From a virus (taxonomy: Duplodnaviria > Caudoviricetes), in IMG/VR virus record IMGVR_UViG_3300025433_000326, positions 1-54,648 of that record: a DNA stretch of 54,648 bases. One strand, given 5' to 3'. The translations under genes were made by a program, and so were the position numbers. The notes beneath the pieces were generated by a model. The model was given only the letters and a program-made list of their open reading frames with translations. It was not told the origin of the DNA and made no database searches. Shown here one piece after another: positions 52,011 to 54,648 of this stretch (position 1 is its first letter; each line of letters starts with the position of its first letter).

Positions 52011-54648
52011 GATCGAGCAGGTTGCTGAGGATGTCTTCGTTGGCCTTCCAGCCATAGGCCTTCAGCACCAAAGCATCGAGCGCTTGATGGAGCTTGGCAA
52101 GCTGGCTGGCGGGTTCGTTGAAGTAGGCGTTGTAGAGGTCGGTGATGCCCCAGTTCCGCGCCACCATCACCTCGTTGCGGTAGTCGTTGAGGGCTGTCAT
52201 CGCCTGGCGGATCTGCTCCACCAACTCAGGCGTGACGATCTGAGGGAAGGGGAAGGTCTCGAATATAGAGTCGTGGGTGTAGGCGATGTCGCCCTTGAGG
52301 GTGCCTTTCTGCGCGTGCATCCAGATGCGGTGTACGGAGGAAGTCAGCAGGCCCACAATATAGAAATCATAGCTGGCGAGCACGACATTCTTTTCTCCAG
52401 GCAGCCAATCCTTCTGGAATGGAATGAAAACAGCCCACTTGGAAACTCGGGGAACGGCAAAGTAACTTTTCAGTGGTTCGATAGCTGCCCGCATCGCTGG
52501 TCGTTTCTCCCCATACCGCCACCAGTTCACCCGCGTGGTTTCGCGGCGGTTCTCCATGCGCTGGGGCCTCACCAGGTCTTTCACTTGCCGAAAGGGCTCG
52601 GCATAGGCTTCCGCCACTTCCAGTGTGAGATCGTTGAAGTCGATGATCCAGCGGTCGGGCTGCCCCAAAGGACGCTTCGCCAGGTTGGTGCCCATCGAGA
52701 ACGGCTTGACCACCTCGGCGTTCCTTGGATCAGCAGCCAACCACTCCGCCGCTGTCGCAGGGTCAACGTTGAAACCCTTGCCCACCGGAATCACCCCCTG
52801 AAAGCAATAGCCCTTGTTTGCCACCAAGGCACTGGCTTCACTCACATCCACGGTTGAGCGCAAACTGGTGTTGATGGTGGAAACATCCTCTCCATCCAGC
52901 CGGTAACTACCCGCAGCATCGCGGCTCCAGTTCACGATGCTCACGTGCACGTGGGCCTCCCCGGACCACGGCTGGGTTGAGATCGCCGCATGGATGTGAC
53001 CGCCGTTGTCGCGGATGTAGTCGAGGGAGGCCCGGCGGCTCTTGCCATGGCGAATCGAGTTGGTGGCTACCAGCCCAGCCCGGCCGTCGGGCTGGAGGTT
53101 GTCGTGGGCCAGCCGGAACCAGTAGGTGCAGAAGTCCACGCTGTCGTGCACCTCGGGGAACCGCTGAAAGACCCGCTCGACGTACTCATCCCCGAGGTTG
53201 AGCCGCATGTGTTTCCCACCCAAGAACGGCGGGTTCCCCACATATGCATCGGCCTCCGGCCAGGGGATGAACAACGCATCTGCGACCCTGATGTTTGCGT
53301 CGAGGTTGTCGAGGGGTAGATCCCGTTCTGTAAGCCCCAGGCGATCGTTGGCCACCTTGCGGGCAATCATCAGCGTCACCCGTGCCAGCTCCACCGCGAA
53401 CGGGCTGGTGTCCATGCCGAAGAACTGCAGCGGCGTCACCAGGCCCATCACTGCCTGATCTTTCTTCGCATCTGAACGGCGAAGAGCTGAGATGCGCAGC
53501 AGGATCGCCACCTCAAGATCCTTCACGGCGTTGTAGCCCATGTAGAGAAAGTTTCCAGAGCCGCAGGCCGGATCACAGATCCGGTACTGAGTCAACGCCT
53601 GCCGAAGGCCCTCCAGTTCAGCGATACTGCTGGCCTTGGCGATCCGCTCCTCCCAGGGCTCCACGATCGTGGGCCGGATGATCTGCAGCATGTCCACTTC
53701 GCTGGTGAAGTGCTGGCCATGGGCGTGGCGGGTTACTTCATCACTGCTGGCCTCAAAGATGTTCCCGAAGATGCTGGGCCGCACCCGTTGCCAGTTCTCC
53801 TGAGCGCTGGCGCTGAGCAGATCCAGCTCATCGGAGAGCAGCTCAAGCCGAGGGATATGGGCGAAGAGACCGCCGTTGAAGTAAGGCGTCCCACGGAACT
53901 GTCCGCCGGATGTGATGCCGGGGGTGTTCATCTCTCCGAACAGGCTGCCCAGCACGTCGTAACTGCTCTGCCCTCCCTGGCAGGCGCCCAGGGCCTCGGT
54001 GAACTGCAGGTTCGGGAGCATGCCCCGATCTTCCGCAAACAGACTGAGGACGCACTGGAGCACGAACCGCTGGGCCTCCAAGGCCGTGAAATCGCCGCTC
54101 TTCTCGCCCCGCTTGCGCAACCGACCGAACAGCTCCCCCATGCTCCGGGCCTGAGCTTCAGTTACCTCGATCTGGTTGAGGCCGAAGTGGACCGGCTGCT
54201 CAGTCTTGCTGAGGAAGGCCAGAGACGACGATTGGCTAGCCAGATCCTCCACCCGCAGCTTGACCAGGGGCTCATCCACCAGCTGGTTGAAGTCGTAAAC
54301 CCACAGCTCATCGAAGTTGCTAAGCACCGAATAGTCCGGCTTGGGTGCGAGGTAGATCCAGTAGCGCTGCAGTTGCGGGAAGTGGGGCTCCAGAGCTTTG
54401 CCCCGGCTCTTCATCTCGATCAGAACCGTGGCCCGTGTTCCCTCGATCAGGGCGTCCGCCTTGCCCATGCCACCGGCCAGGCTGCCCTTGGGAATCTTGC
54501 GCTCGAAAGTGGTGCCCGCCTCTACAGAGTCAGCCCAGCCCCATGCCTGCAGCAGCCGATTCACGTAGGTCTGGGCCTCGCTGTCCTCATCCCCACGGAT
54601 CGAGGCCACCCAGTGGGCGAAGTTCTGCAGGGCCTGGGGGGTGCTCAA
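51895..54648 (-). CDS. Type IIL/IIG (MmeI-like) fused restriction-modification enzyme
   Basis: AD...IEMK nuclease motif, GQHFTS, DPACGSGNF, GNPPF, C-terminal TRD (FETFPFP...LD..V..AYGW). Start at or just beyond the window end. Confidence 0.9.
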   Translation of the reverse strand: MSTPQALQNFAHWVASIRGDEDSEAQTYVNRLLQAWGWADSVEAGTTFERKIPKGSLAGGMGKADALIEGTRATVLIEMKSRGKALEPHFPQLQRYWIYLAPKPDYSVLSNFDELWVYDFNQLVDEPLVKLRVEDLASQSSSLAFLSKTEQPVHFGLNQIEVTEAQARSMGELFGRLRKRGEKSGDFTALEAQRFVLQCVLSLFAEDRGMLPNLQFTEALGACQGGQSSYDVLGSLFGEMNTPGITSGGQFRGTPYFNGGLFAHIPRLELLSDELDLLSASAQENWQRVRPSIFGNIFEASSDEVTRHAHGQHFTSEVDMLQIIRPTIVEPWEERIAKASSIAELEGLRQALTQYRICDPACGSGNFLYMGYNAVKDLEVAILLRISALRRSDAKKDQAVMGLVTPLQFFGMDTSPFAVELARVTLMIARKVANDRLGLTERDLPLDNLDANIRVADALFIPWPEADAYVGNPPFLGGKHMRLNLGDEYVERVFQRFPEVHDSVDFCTYWFRLAHDNLQPDGRAGLVATNSIRHGKSRRASLDYIRDNGGHIHAAISTQPWSGEAHVHVSIVNWSRDAAGSYRLDGEDVSTINTSLRSTVDVSEASALVANKGYCFQGVIPVGKGFNVDPATAAEWLAADPRNAEVVKPFSMGTNLAKRPLGQPDRWIIDFNDLTLEVAEAYAEPFRQVKDLVRPQRMENRRETTRVNWWRYGEKRPAMRAAIEPLKSYFAVPRVSKWAVFIPFQKDWLPGEKNVVLASYDFYIVGLLTSSVHRIWMHAQKGTLKGDIAYTHDSIFETFPFPQIVTPELVEQIRQAMTALNDYRNEVMVARNWGITDLYNAYFNEPASQLAKLHQALDALVLKAYGWKANEDILSNLLDLNLELAEREAAGEKVVGPWWPRPSQPSRLAPVLPELLT

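Overview
The window is a GC-rich tailed-phage (siphovirus-like) genome or prophage segment, most likely from a picocyanobacterial (Cyanobium/Synechococcus-like) host. The host call is inferred from gene content. Gene order: tail assembly chaperone with a lambda-type -1 frameshift, tape measure protein with wall-degrading domains, tail tip/hub, fibre and a 24x24-aa solenoid-repeat protein; a lysis module (holin-like, PAS-fused membrane protein, lysozyme, convergent M15 peptidase); leftward recombination genes (ERF); a replication initiator with iterons; accessory genes; ParB-like, multi-HTH, terS/terL; an inverted LexA-DBD plus sigma factor; portal and MuF; a variable small-gene island; a modular ParB protein; and a Type IIL/IIG restriction-modification gene. 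No integrase, major capsid protein, tRNA or CRISPR array was seen. The strongest unexpected signal is that both orphan DNA methyltransferase genes are bounded by integron attC-like sites, although no integron integrase is present. One is joined to a GWTMW-type secondary site, which suggests the phage captured integron gene cassettes as anti-restriction armour. Other notable items are a duplicated promoter-[variable RNA]-terminator cassette, a conserved leader repeat in the variable island, a PAS domain in the lysis cassette, a probable circularly permuted M23 domain, and recurring RxD motifs in head-region proteins. All protein calls come from motif recognition by eye; no database searches were run.
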